From assembly GCA_963772365.1 (NCBI GenBank), contig CAVYXA010000004.1, forward strand, positions 64,001 through 128,000: 64,000 nucleotides of DNA, read 5' to 3'. The position numbers and the translations under genes were made by a program. The stretch is from an uncultured Verrucomicrobiae bacterium. GTDB lineage: Bacteria > Verrucomicrobiota > Verrucomicrobiia > Chthoniobacterales > UBA10450. Under the pieces are notes generated by a model that saw only the letters and a program-made list of their open reading frames with translations, had not been told where the DNA came from and ran no database searches. Below, piece by piece: positions 18,593-28,879 of this stretch. Position 1 is the stretch's first letter. The number at the start of each line of letters is the position of its first letter.

Positions 18593-19618
18593 TTACTGCA
18601 CGGCTCGGGTTGTCGATGTTGTCATCATCGTTTTGAGAAGAAGTTGGGCCAGCAGGTTGACCAAAATGGTGACGCCGAAGAGCACCAATCCGATCTCGAA
18701 CAATGCCGCCAGATAAACATCGGTGGTTGCTTCGGTGAACTCATTCGCGATTACGCTGGCCAGCGTGTAACCGGGCTGGAGCAGAGATGCGGCGATTTGG
18801 GGAGTGTTGCCGATCACCATCGTGACCGCCATCGTTTCCCCAAGCGCGCGTCCGAGGCCGAGAATGACGGCGCCGAACAAACCTTTCCTCGCATAACTCA
18901 GGACCGCAATCCGTGTCACTTCCCACTGTGTCGCCCCCAGCGCGTAGGCCGCTTCGCGCTGCAAGTTCGGAACACTTCGCAGAATCTCACGCGAGACCGA
19001 CGTGATGATTGGCAAAATCATGACGGCGATGATGAGTCCTCCAGCGAGCATGCTTGGTCCGTAGTTCGGCCCGGTGAACAACGGCGTCCAAACAAAGAAG
19101 CGTTTGAGGAATGGCAAAGAAGGTGTCCATCCGAATACCTGCTTGAGAAATGGAAATGGATAATCTCGCAGCCATGGCACCATGACGAAAATTCCCCATA
19201 GCCCGAGAATTACGCTCGGGATTGCGGCCAGCATTTCGATTAATGAGACGATCGGCTGCCGGATCCAGAGGGGCGCGAGTTCAGTCAGATAAACTGCCGT
19301 CGCAATGCTCAATGGCACCGCAATCAGCAGAGCAATGAACGATGAGACTAACGTCCCGTAAATGAACGGCAACGCGCCAAAATCCCCTGCGTTTGGGTCC
19401 CAGGTCGATGTTGCGAGAAAATGGAAGCCAAACTTCTGGATGGCAAGGGAAGAGCCGCGGGCCAGTTGCCAGCCGATGAGGAAGACCAGCACAACCACAG
19501 CCATTGCCATTCCAAGCGTAAGCCACTCAAATGCTTTGTCCCCAAACCGCGACGGCGGCTTCATCTGGGCCGCCGCCGCAGTTTGCATCGGAATCTCCGG
19601 TGTAATCGCTCCTGTCAT
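18593..19618 (-). CDS. pstC: Phosphate ABC transporter permease
   Basis: WDP..FGALPFIYGTL, LAAIPSVILGLWG, GRALGETMAV. Start is 19618 or 19588. Confidence 0.96.
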   Translation of the reverse strand: MTGAITPEIPMQTAAAAQMKPPSRFGDKAFEWLTLGMAMAVVVLVFLIGWQLARGSSLAIQKFGFHFLATSTWDPNAGDFGALPFIYGTLVSSFIALLIAVPLSIATAVYLTELAPLWIRQPIVSLIEMLAAIPSVILGLWGIFVMVPWLRDYPFPFLKQVFGWTPSLPFLKRFFVWTPLFTGPNYGPSMLAGGLIIAVMILPIITSVSREILRSVPNLQREAAYALGATQWEVTRIAVLSYARKGLFGAVILGLGRALGETMAVTMVIGNTPQIAASLLQPGYTLASVIANEFTEATTDVYLAALFEIGLVLFGVTILVNLLAQLLLKTMMTTSTTRAVQ

Positions 19619-19706
19619 TCTGAGCCAGGCGAAGAATATCTGATCATTCTTTGTCAGTCATGGAGAGCAATGATTGGAGATGTTTCGCTCCGCTCAAACA
19701 TGACAG
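19612..19706. repeat. GTCAT-type palindromic element between pstS and pstC, overlapping the pstC ATG
   Basis: ctgtcattctgagc...gctcaaacatgacag inverted ends; related to 26092-26172. Confidence 0.7.
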
Positions 19707-19715
19707 AAATAAGAG

Positions 19716-20735
19716 CTAGTATTTGATTTCGTTAATTCGCTTCAACACCCGTTTCTGCACGTTGTCCGGCAATGGAGCATAATCCAGATCCTTGGCCATT
19801 TGTTCACCCTTGGTCTCGGCCCATTTCAGGAATTCAACGATCTTCTTGCCCTTTGCGTGGTCCTTCTGGTTTTGGTAAACGAGCAACCAGGTGGCGCCCG
19901 CGATCGGATAAGCGTCTTTGCCCGGCGCGTTCGTCATCGAGAATCGGAAATCATCTGGAATATCTGCGGTCGCCAGCGCGGCGGTGACCGATTCCAAGCT
20001 TGGCTTAACGAATTCTCCGGCGGCATTCTTTACGTCCGCGTAGGGCATCTTATTCTGGATCGCATAGATCAGTTCCACATAACCAAGCGCCCCTGGCGTT
20101 TGCTTCACTTGTCCGGCCACGCCTTCATTGCCTTTGCCACCAATTCCGGTCGGCCAGCTTACTGACGTATTTGTGCCTACCTTTGATTTCCACTCCGGGC
20201 TGATCTTACTCAAGTAATCAGTCCAGATGTAGGTCGTTCCGCTGCCATCCGAACGATGCACGACGACGATTTCCTGGTCGGGTAACGAGACGCCCGGATT
20301 CAACGCCACGAGCTTCGGATCATTCCATTTCTTGATCTGGCCAAGAAAAACGCCGGCGATCGTATCGCTGTCGAACTTCAGGGTTGGATTGCCGGGGAGA
20401 TTATAAGCAACGACATCCGCGCCCGCGACAGTGGGAATGTGCAACAATTTCCCCGGCGCTTTGGCCAGATTTTCATCGCTCATCGGGCCGTCGGATGCGC
20501 CGAAGTCGACGGTTTGAGCGAGGATTTGCTTCTGGCCGCCACCGGATCCGATCGACTGGTAATTGAACCGGACCGATGGATCAACCTTGGCATATTGATC
20601 GAACCACTTTGAGTAGATCGGATACGGGAAGGTAGCGCCGGCTCCATTGATCATCATCTGCGCCGAAGCGGTCGCAGTGATACCAACCAGCAGAACGCCT
20701 GTGAAAAATTTGCGGACGAGGTTGAGAGAATTCAT
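19716..20735 (-). CDS. pstS: Phosphate ABC transporter substrate-binding protein
   Basis: Signal peptide; GAGATFPYP, YQSIGSGGG, DFGASD, RSDGSGTT, GKGNEGV. Confidence 0.97.
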   Translation of the reverse strand: MNSLNLVRKFFTGVLLVGITATASAQMMINGAGATFPYPIYSKWFDQYAKVDPSVRFNYQSIGSGGGQKQILAQTVDFGASDGPMSDENLAKAPGKLLHIPTVAGADVVAYNLPGNPTLKFDSDTIAGVFLGQIKKWNDPKLVALNPGVSLPDQEIVVVHRSDGSGTTYIWTDYLSKISPEWKSKVGTNTSVSWPTGIGGKGNEGVAGQVKQTPGALGYVELIYAIQNKMPYADVKNAAGEFVKPSLESVTAALATADIPDDFRFSMTNAPGKDAYPIAGATWLLVYQNQKDHAKGKKIVEFLKWAETKGEQMAKDLDYAPLPDNVQKRVLKRINEIKY

Positions 20736-20783
20736 AGATGCTCGCACCCTGCCGCAACCCATTCCGAAGCGTCAAAATTTTTA

Positions 20784-20803
20784 GTGTTACGTTTGTGTGA
20801 CGC
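20784..20803 (-). promoter_or_regulatory. Pho-box-like direct repeat upstream of pstS
   Basis: Minus strand GTCACAC-aaac-GTAACAC with an 11-nt period like the PhoB box, about 50 nt upstream of the pstS ATG. Confidence 0.65.
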
Positions 20804-20851
20804 AACATGAGATTGCGCCGGCACCCGGAGCGGCTGCGCTACAAGAAGAAG

Positions 20852-20919
20852 ATCCGCTGAGACAGACAGCGGACACTACAGCATCCTTACCGCTGTAGCG
20901 TGCGCTGTCCTCAGCGCAT
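20852..20919. repeat. Intergenic GTAG-type REP-like arms
   Basis: tccgctgagacagacagcggacactaca and gctgtagcgtgcgctgtcctcagcgcat; same family as the pqqE/pqqC inserts. Confidence 0.85.
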
Positions 20920-20973
20920 TGGATCAACGCGTGGCTACATCCAAGTTCCCGCCCGGAGCAATCGACGCCGAAA

Positions 20974-21663
20974 TCAGAAACGCATGACCGGTGCGATGTG
21001 TAAAAGCGAGCCTTCGCTGGTCAGATTGGAGATCGAGTGGTAGGCGATTTCAGCAACGCGACGACTGACATCTTCAGGCGTAAAACTGTTGCCCGTTTCC
21101 TTCTCAATGGATGTCATGGTCACATCTTGAATCCCACACGGAATGATCTGACTGAACGGCGCGAGATCGCCGCACACATTCAACGCGAATCCATGCATGG
21201 TAATCCAGTGGCGCACTCCGACTCCGATTGACGCAATCTTGCGATCGTGCACCCACACACCCGTTAGGCCAGGACGAGTCCGGCCCGCGATATCGAAAAT
21301 GCGCAGGGTTTTCACGAGCAAATCTTCGATCCAACGCAAATATCGATGCAGGTCCTGGCCGCACCGTCGAAGATCGACAATCGGATATCCGATTAGTTGG
21401 CCGGGCCCATGATAGGTGGCCTGGCCACCGCGATTAATTGTAAACAGCGGATGCGGAAGATGCGCTGCATCGAGCAGACTCGATTGATCCGGAGTCCGGC
21501 CCATGGTGTAAACCGGATCGTGCTCGAGCATCAGCAAACAGTCCGGCGCCAGTCGATTCTCCCGTTTCTGCGCAACCAATTCTTCCTGCATCTGGAGCGC
21601 GTCGGCGAAAGGCACTCGGCCCAGCCAGCGCCATTCGAATGTTTTGCTATTGGCCGTGTTCAT
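20974..21663 (-). CDS. lipB: Lipoyl(octanoyl) transferase
   Basis: LEHDPVYTMG, RGGQATYHGPGQL, KIASIG, HGFALN, PCG. Confidence 0.96.
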   Translation of the reverse strand: MNTANSKTFEWRWLGRVPFADALQMQEELVAQKRENRLAPDCLLMLEHDPVYTMGRTPDQSSLLDAAHLPHPLFTINRGGQATYHGPGQLIGYPIVDLRRCGQDLHRYLRWIEDLLVKTLRIFDIAGRTRPGLTGVWVHDRKIASIGVGVRHWITMHGFALNVCGDLAPFSQIIPCGIQDVTMTSIEKETGNSFTPEDVSRRVAEIAYHSISNLTSEGSLLHIAPVMRF

Positions 21664-22163
21664 ATTTGTGATTCACCCGGAATGCCCAAGCGCATCATTT
21701 CCTGGGCTCGCAAATGAGTGAGCCCGATGGCCAGCGCATCAGCGGCGTCCGCATCTGGAGTTTCTGTTAAGCCCAGCAAGGCCCGCACCATGAAAGCAAC
21801 CTGATTTTTTGCCGCGCCGCCACGGCCGACGGTGGCTTGTTTGATGCGGCGCGGCGAATATTCGAAAATCGGCAATCCGTTTTCCGCCGCAGCCAGAATA
21901 GCAGCGCCGCGAGCCGCGCCGAGCAGGATCGCGGTTTTGTGACTCTGCACATAAATCACGCTTTCCAGCGCACAACAATCCGGTTGGTGCGTTTTAATAA
22001 GTTCCGCTAATTGAGCGCGAATCCCGACGAGGCAGGATGAGGAGCGCAACGAGCTGGGATTGCGAATGGTGCCGAAATATAACGCCCTGGCCTTGCCGTT
22101 GTTTGCATCGACAACCGCGACTCCCGTGTTCCGCAACGATGCATCGACAGCCAAAACTCGCAC
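21660..22163 (-). CDS. ruvC: Holliday junction resolvase
   Basis: VLAVDASLRNTG, LGAARG, YSPRRIKQATVGRGGAAKNQV, DAADALAIGLTH. GTG start at 22163 is inferred. Confidence 0.95.
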   Translation of the reverse strand: MRVLAVDASLRNTGVAVVDANNGKARALYFGTIRNPSSLRSSSCLVGIRAQLAELIKTHQPDCCALESVIYVQSHKTAILLGAARGAAILAAAENGLPIFEYSPRRIKQATVGRGGAAKNQVAFMVRALLGLTETPDADAADALAIGLTHLRAQEMMRLGIPGESQI

Positions 22164-22244
22164 CGCCCAACTTAGGATCGACCATCGCCGGTTCAAGATG
22201 GAATCGACAATCTCTGTCGAGCTAGTTAATTCATCGGGAATTCA

Positions 22245-22952
22245 ATGAGCGAACCTGTTCGGCAACAAACTTGTGTTGTTTGCAAGAAATCATTCCCGTC
22301 CTCTCGCGGACAGCTGGCGGAGCTGATTCGGCCATCGCTGCACGAATTCGTTCGCAAACGTCTGCCGGGTTGGGATGGCAAGGGCTTCATCTGTCTCAAT
22401 GATCTCGGCGAATTCAGAAAAGAATATGTAAAGGACGTCCTGGAGGACGAGATCGGCGAGCTGACCGCACTCGACCAGGAAGTCATCGAAAGTTTGCAAG
22501 AGCACGAAATCCTCTCGAGCAACATCAGCCAACAATTCGAGCGAAAGCTGACGTTTGGCGAGCGACTTTCCGATCACATTGCGACGTTTGGCGGCAGTTG
22601 GCGTTTCATCATCCTCTTCGGAACCGTCCTTCTCGGCTGGATAGCTCTCAACGTAATCGTGTTCCTTAACCGTGGATTCGATCCTTACCCATTCATCCTG
22701 CTTAATTTGATTCTATCCTGTCTGGCGGCGATTCAGGCGCCGATCATCATGATGAGCCAAAATCGGTCGGAAGCGCGGGATCGCTTGCGAGCCGAAAATG
22801 ATTACAAGGTCAATCTGAAAGCCGAGCTGGAAATTCGACACCTGCACGAAAAAATCGATCATCTTCTGCGCCGGCAATACAATCGGCTTTTCGAAATTCA
22901 GCAGATCCAGATCGAGCTGCTGGAAGAGCTGGGGCGAAAACGGCGCCCGTGA
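22245..22952 (+). CDS. DUF1003 family membrane protein
   Basis: TFGERLSD..FGGSWRFI, FDPYPFILLNLILSCLAAIQAPIIMMSQNR, AELEI. Confidence 0.92.
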   Translation: MSEPVRQQTCVVCKKSFPSSRGQLAELIRPSLHEFVRKRLPGWDGKGFICLNDLGEFRKEYVKDVLEDEIGELTALDQEVIESLQEHEILSSNISQQFERKLTFGERLSDHIATFGGSWRFIILFGTVLLGWIALNVIVFLNRGFDPYPFILLNLILSCLAAIQAPIIMMSQNRSEARDRLRAENDYKVNLKAELEIRHLHEKIDHLLRRQYNRLFEIQQIQIELLEELGRKRRP

Positions 22953-23078
22953 TTGACCCTTCACGGAAATCAGCTCGCGCCTGCGGCGATTGGTTGCCAT
23001 CGTCTTCGGGAGAAGCCGATCCACCTACATCGGGGTGGAACGCGTTGGCAAAAACAAATGCGGCTTTGGCCGCCATAC

Positions 23079-24320
23079 TTAGTCGCGACCCCAAATCATC
23101 GCCACAGATGTCGTGAGACTCCCGCCCATGTTGAAGGTGAGGAAACGTTTTGCGTTTGGAATTTGTCGGGCACCGGCTTGCTCGCTCAGATGCTGATACG
23201 CTTCGTAAACCTGACGCACGCCGACTGGCCCCGACAGGATGCCCATCGCCAATCAAACCGCCGCCGGGGTTAACCGGAATCTCAAACGCAAACGGACCCC
23301 GCATTTTTTCATTGCGCACTTGCGGCAACGCGGTTGCGCCGCTCTTGGCCAGGTCTGCGCCTTTGCCTGGTTCGGCGAGACCCAGAATTTCGTAAACGAC
23401 AATTTCGGTAACGGAAAAGCAATCGTGCACGTCCGCGCCATCGAGGTCGCGCGGCTTGATGTTCGCCATTCCGAACGCTTTCTCCGCGGCTTTCCGTGCG
23501 ATCGAAAATGTCGGCGCGTCCTTTTTGTTGAGCGGGAGGTAATCGGTCGTGTGACCGAAACCGAGCAGGCGCGGCGTCTTCTTTTTAGCGCGCCCGGTCC
23601 TTTCCAAAAATTTTCCAGACACGAGCACGAGGCCAGCCGAGCCATCGGTGATCTGCGAGCAGTCGGAAACCTTCAATGGTGGGGCGACGCTCGGATTTTT
23701 GTCCGAGACCTGCGAGGCGCAGCTGAGAGTGAGATCGGCCTCGCGCATCTGGGCGAGGGGATTCAATTTCGCGTGCGCGTAATTTTTCCAGGCAACAGTT
23801 GCCAGGTCGGCTTCGCTTCGCGCCGTAGTTGTCGATGTAAATTTGGGCGATCCGTCCAAACAGTTTCGGGAACATATAATCGCCGTACTCGGGCTTTTCG
23901 TTGTGATAATCGGCCGCGGCTCCAAGCACATCCGCGCCATCGAGCGACGACATCGTTTTCTGTTGCTCCGCGCCTACCACGAGCACGACATCATAAAGTC
24001 CGCCCATGATCCATTCCGCGCCCAGCAAAACTGAGAGGGCGCCCGCTAGCGCAGGCCGCTTCGGTGTGCATCGTCGGGAATGCCGCGCAATTTCGGATCG
24101 ATTTCAGGAATAAATGCGCCGAGCTGCAACTGCTTGGTGAACTGGCCGGAATTAAAATTTCCCACCGCGCCGGCCTGAATCTCTGACCGGGTCGATCTCG
24201 GCATCATCCATCGCTTTCTTGCCGGCTTCGATGATCAAATGCCGGATCGTCTTGCCTTCTTTTTCAGGTTGCGCTTAAAGTCCGTGCGCCCGCCGCCGAG
24301 ATGTAAACTGGCTCGCTCAT
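23079..24320 (-). pseudogene. Thiolase (HDCF, SCP2-thiolase type) with multiple frameshifts; true pseudogene or sequencing errors
   Basis: Fragments across frames: MSEPVYI, GGGRTDFKRN, EAACAS, VVGAEQ, DCSQITDGSAG, HDCF, VNPGGGLIGDGHPVGA, NMGGSLTTSV. About six or more indels. Confidence 0.8.
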
Positions 24321-24350
24321 ATAGGATAATCTACCAATCATTCCGCACTG

Positions 24351-24881
24351 TCACCACTGCGGCCGCTCATTAGCTTGATCCTCTTCCTCGGAAATTGGCC
24401 ACCGTGCGTCGATCGGAAGGGAGTTCAAGCGAGTGAATAAATTCACGGAACCGCTCCGAGAAAATTCCTGTCGCAGTCTCCAATAATGCCCCATCCCGGG
24501 GGATGCGATATAATGGCGAAGAAGGCCGCACCATCCCTGCCAAATCTGTTCGTCCATGACCCGATGAACATGATGAAAATGGATCGTTTCAAATGCCTTG
24601 AGAAATTGGTAGGCGGAATGAAAAAAGCGGGCCTGCTCTTCCGCCGATAGCGATTGGAGATTTTCCAGACCTGCCCGCCAAATTCGGGCCAGCTCTGCGT
24701 TTTCGGCGAAAGGCCGCGTAACTTCACGAAGGGAAGTGGCTGCCGCATCCTGCGCCGCCAGTCTCGCCACACGCGTGCTTTGATGAACTTGAACCGCGAG
24801 ATAAAGAACGGAAAGAACGACTGCAATCGAGCCGATGATTTGCGAGACCGCACTGATGGCGTCCCAGTTCGAATGACTCAT
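24351..24881 (-). CDS. Hypothetical membrane-anchored protein; possible frameshift near the 3' end
   Basis: NWDAISAVSQIIGSIAVVLSVLYLAVQV N-terminus; ATGA overlap with the upstream gene. Confidence 0.65.
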   Translation of the reverse strand: MSHSNWDAISAVSQIIGSIAVVLSVLYLAVQVHQSTRVARLAAQDAAATSLREVTRPFAENAELARIWRAGLENLQSLSAEEQARFFHSAYQFLKAFETIHFHHVHRVMDEQIWQGWCGLLRHYIASPGMGHYWRLRQEFSRSGSVNLFTRLNSLPIDARWPISEEEDQANERPQW

Positions 24882-26060
24882 GCGCAATCTGAAACTCCGA
24901 ACGCGTCGATCCCGGTGACGTCCGACCGATGACCAGCATGTGGACATGTCGGGTTCCTTCATAAGTGTAAACGCTTTCCAGATTCATCAGATGCCGGATC
25001 ACTGAGTAGCGATCAGTGATGCCGGCAGCACCAAGGATGTCGCGCGCTTTGCGAGCGCACTCGAGCGCCATGGCGACGTTGTTGCGTTTTGCCAACGAAA
25101 TTTGCGCTGGTCGCGCCGTGCCGGCTTCCATAATTCGAGTCAATCGCAATGCCAAAAGTTGCGCCTTGGTAATTTCCTGCACCATCCAGGCCAGTTTTTC
25201 CTGCACGAGTTGAAAACCGGCAATCGGTCGCCCAAATTGTTCTCGAGATTTGGCGTAAACGAGCGCCGTCTCATAGCAATCGATCGCTGCCCCAATCACC
25301 CCCCAGGCAATACCGATTCGCGCTTGTGAAAGACATGACAACGGCGCGCGCAATCCTTTCGCGTTCGGCAAACGGTTCGATTCCGGAATCCGGCAATTCG
25401 TCGAACCAACATTCCGACGTGCGCGACATGCGCAGACTGAATTTCCCTTCAATGTCGTTAGCGCGAAAACCGGGACGCGTCTTTCTCGACCACGAATCCC
25501 GCCACGCGTCCATCATCATCCTTCGCCCAGACAACTTTCACATCGGCAATGGAAGCGTTGCCGATCCAGCATTTGCTGCCGTTCAATATATAATTAGCGC
25601 CGTCGCGCTTCGCCCGGGTTTCCATCCCGCCAGGATCGGAGCCGTGCCCGTGTTCGGTCAGGGCAAAACAACCGACGCGCTCGCCCGACACCAATCCGGG
25701 CAACCAGCGCTTTTGTTGCTCAGGCGATCCGAACGAATGAATCGCATGAATGGCCAACGGGCCTTGTACCGACGCCAGCGAGCGTAATCCCGAATCCGCT
25801 CGTTCCAATTCCTGCATGATCAATCCGTAACCGGTATAACTCAGCCCGGCGCAGCCGGGCTCTTTCAGATACGGCGCATAAAACCCGAGCGAGCCCATTC
25901 GCGGGATGAGATGCTCCGGGAATTTCCCTGCGCGATGACACGGAACAACCTCCGGCATCGCTTCCTCCGCCACGAATTTTCGCGCCCGATCACGCGCGGC
26001 GCGCTCGTCATCAGTAAGCAATTCTTCAACCGCGTAGTAGTCGAGAGATCCCGGTGTCAT
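24878..26060 (-). pseudogene. Acyl-CoA dehydrogenase (glutaryl-CoA dehydrogenase-like), frameshifted
   Basis: ELERADSGLRS, FALTEHGHGSDPGGMET, LNGSKCWIGN, QFGRPIAGFQLVQEKLA, SLAKRNN, NLESVYTYEGT; split over at least three frame segments. Confidence 0.85.
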
Positions 26061-26091
26061 TGAGAATTCAACAGGAAGCTATTCCATAATC

Positions 26092-26172
26092 GTCATTCCG
26101 AGCGAAGTCGAGGAATCCATGGCGCAACTCACCGGTAGTTCCACGGGATGTCTCGACTTCGCTCGACATGAC
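26092..26172. repeat. GTCAT-type palindromic element
   Basis: Inverted arms gtcattccgagcgaagtcgag / ctcgacttcgctcgacatgac. Confidence 0.85.
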
Positions 26173-26193
26173 ATGTGGCGGCCGCAGCCTCCG

Positions 26194-26322
26194 GGTAGCG
26201 CACGCGTCTCGGGTGCTGGCAAGGGCGTCCTCGCCATTGCGAACTTTCTTTATGCCTGCAAATCACAAGCAAAGTTCGTTTCGGCGCGACGCCTAAACCC
26301 CACACCAGACGCGTGCGCTACC
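26194..26322. repeat. GTAG-type long palindromic element
   Basis: Perfect 16-bp terminal inverted repeat ggtagcgcacgcgtct / agacgcgtgcgctacc, with inner gcgaacttt / aaagttcgt. Confidence 0.85.
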
Positions 26323-26359
26323 TGGAAATCGCGCTAGAGTCGCGCGATACGCATCAGTT

Positions 26360-27898
26360 ATGGCTCGACTCCACGAGTATCAAGGCAAAGCAATTCTGGC
26401 TGCGAATGGATTTAAGACTCCGCGGGGTCGTGCTGCATCGACTGCGGAAGAAGCAGTCACGATCGCCAAGGACCTGATGGCAAACGGCAATGCGGGTGTG
26501 GTCATTAAAATTCAGGCCTGGACTACTGGACGCGCCGGAATTGGCGGAGTGGCTTTTGCCAAACGACCGGCCGATGTTCGCGGTCACGCCTCACGAATGT
26601 TGTCGATGAAAGTGGGCCAGTTTCCAGTCGAGGCTGTGCTGGTGGAAGAGAGGATCGACATCGATCGCGAGTTTTTCTTGTCGTTCGCCATTGACGACGC
26701 TGCCCGGGCGCCCATCATTGTTTTCGCGGTCGGCGGCGGCACCGGAATTGAAGAGCGCGCCGCATCGACAAAGCGAATTCCTTGCGATCTCAAAACCGGA
26801 CCGCTGGATTCTGCGCTTACCGAAGCCGTTGCGTCGAGCGAACTGCCCGCAGCGCAAGCAGAGAACCTGCGCGACTCGATTCGGAAATTGTATGCTGCCG
26901 CACGCAGCGTGGAAGCGCGTTCCCTAGAGATCAATCCGCTGGTGTTGACGAAAAAAGGTGAGTTCGTCGCGGCTGATTGTCGGATCACGATTGACGATTA
27001 CGCCGTGGCGCGGCATCCGGATCTCAAGATCGAAATCGCGCGTGAGTTCGATCATCCACCGACGCCATTGGAGCGTGTCGCCTACGCTGTCGAACAAAAC
27101 GATCACCGCGGCACATTTTATTTTGCGCAGTTGGCCACCGCGGCCGCAAAAGGATCCAAAGGGCTGGTCGGTTTTCACGGCGCTGGCGGCGGGGGATCGA
27201 TGATGTCGATGGACGCGATCGTGAACGCCGGATTCACAATTGCCAATTTTACTGATACCAGCGGCAATCCATCGGCATCGAAAGTTTATCGAGCAGCGCG
27301 AATCATTCTGACTCAGCCTGATTTGGTAGGCTATTTCGGTTCCGGATCCGGCGTTGCTAGTCAGGAACAATATTGGTCGGCCTACGGATTGGCCAAGGCG
27401 TTCTGGGAACTCGAGCTCAACATACCGGCAGTGATTCGACTGGGCGGCAATACCGAAGACCGGGCAGTAGAGATCTTGCATAGAATGGCCAAGCTGCTCG
27501 GCGCATCAATCGAAGGTTATCGCAAAACCGATTCGCCGGCTTTTATCGCCGAGCGATTCTCCCAGCTCATCGCCGAATCCGGCGGTACGAAATGGCGCCC
27601 GAGAAAACCGCGCGCGCCGAAGTTCGTTAACGATTCGGCGGCAGCCAAGCTTCCATTGAAAGCTGGCCGGGTTTGGATCGACAAGGCGAAGTGGCCCGAG
27701 ATCCGTGCGGCAGTCGAGACACACTCCGCTGGATTAATTGCAGACCGCGACGGAGCTCCCTTGCCGGGTCTGCCGGATGAAGAATTCGCCACCAAAGATT
27801 CGGAGTTGCTCGCCTGCGACGTCGAATGCCGCCTGGCCGGCGTCGAGGGATTTTATCTTGAGCTTGATATTCCCGGCCTCGACGAGATTACGCCCTGA
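26360..27898 (+). CDS. Succinyl-CoA synthetase beta-subunit-like ATP-grasp ligase with C-terminal extension
   Basis: LHEYQGKAIL, VVIKIQ..GRAGIGGV, LEINPL, ANFTDTSG, VIRLGGN. At 512 aa it is longer than typical SucC. Confidence 0.8.
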   Translation: MARLHEYQGKAILAANGFKTPRGRAASTAEEAVTIAKDLMANGNAGVVIKIQAWTTGRAGIGGVAFAKRPADVRGHASRMLSMKVGQFPVEAVLVEERIDIDREFFLSFAIDDAARAPIIVFAVGGGTGIEERAASTKRIPCDLKTGPLDSALTEAVASSELPAAQAENLRDSIRKLYAAARSVEARSLEINPLVLTKKGEFVAADCRITIDDYAVARHPDLKIEIAREFDHPPTPLERVAYAVEQNDHRGTFYFAQLATAAAKGSKGLVGFHGAGGGGSMMSMDAIVNAGFTIANFTDTSGNPSASKVYRAARIILTQPDLVGYFGSGSGVASQEQYWSAYGLAKAFWELELNIPAVIRLGGNTEDRAVEILHRMAKLLGASIEGYRKTDSPAFIAERFSQLIAESGGTKWRPRKPRAPKFVNDSAAAKLPLKAGRVWIDKAKWPEIRAAVETHSAGLIADRDGAPLPGLPDEEFATKDSELLACDVECRLAGVEGFYLELDIPGLDEITP

Positions 27899-27922
27899 AC
27901 AATCTCTGACTTTCGAGGCGCA

Positions 27923-28879
27923 TTACAAAACGACAGGTTTGCCTTCCGTCATAACGAGCAGACTCTCCGCGATCCCGTGAGCACGCGCGGAGGCGAGAAG
28001 GCGTTGCGGCGGTTCTTCCATTGGTTCGTAGCCAAGTCGAAATGTTCCGTAATGCATCGGCACTAATTTCTTCGCCTTTAGCTCGACAAAAGCGCGCACT
28101 GCTTCCTCCGGATTCATGTGAACTTCGCGCCCGGTAGGCGGATCGTAAGCGCCGATTGGTAAGAGCGCGATGTCGATGTTGTAGCGTTCACCTATCTCGC
28201 GAAAGCCGGGAAAGAACGCGCTGTCGCCGCAATGAAAAACCGTCCGTCCTTCGGCGGTGATGGCAAACCCGCCGAAGCCGCGATGCAGATCTGCGAGGAA
28301 ACGTGCTCCCCAGTGGTAACAAGGGGTAAGAGAAACTTCGATCGAACCGAGCTTCACCGTTTGCCAGCAATCGAGCTCATGCACAATGTGGAACCCGAGA
28401 TCATGCACAAGATTCCCCACACCGATGGGAACGACGATCGGTTGATCGGCCGCCACCTTGCGCAAGGTCCGACGATCGAGATGATCGAAATGAGCATGCG
28501 TCACCAGAACGATGTCGATCTCCGGCAGGTGATGGATTTCAAATCCCGGTTTCTTCAGGCGTTTGATTACCTTGAGCCACTTCGACCAGATCGGGTCGAT
28601 CAAGATGTTCATCTCGCGCGTTTGCAACAGAAACGAAGCGTGACCGATCCAGGTCAGACAAATCTGACCCGGCTGAATCAGAGGAAATTCCGGTGGCACA
28701 TAATCACCCGAGCGCCGAGTGAACAGCGAGGGAATAAGCACCTCCGATAAATAATTGCGCCGATGCCAATCGCTCCGCGGCCGCATTTTTACCCGGGTGG
28801 AACGATGAACCTCAGAGGCCTTATCCGGAGACTGGCGAATTACATTCCGCTGACTTTTTTTCGCAAAGGGAATCGGCAC
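27923..28879 (-). CDS. MBL-fold metallo-hydrolase (NAPE-PLD/RomA-like)
   Basis: TWIGHASFL, THAHFDHLD, GDS, LLPIGAY, HMNPEEA, PMHYGTF. Start uncertain. Confidence 0.88.
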   Translation of the reverse strand: MPIPFAKKSQRNVIRQSPDKASEVHRSTRVKMRPRSDWHRRNYLSEVLIPSLFTRRSGDYVPPEFPLIQPGQICLTWIGHASFLLQTREMNILIDPIWSKWLKVIKRLKKPGFEIHHLPEIDIVLVTHAHFDHLDRRTLRKVAADQPIVVPIGVGNLVHDLGFHIVHELDCWQTVKLGSIEVSLTPCYHWGARFLADLHRGFGGFAITAEGRTVFHCGDSAFFPGFREIGERYNIDIALLPIGAYDPPTGREVHMNPEEAVRAFVELKAKKLVPMHYGTFRLGYEPMEEPPQRLLASARAHGIAESLLVMTEGKPVVL

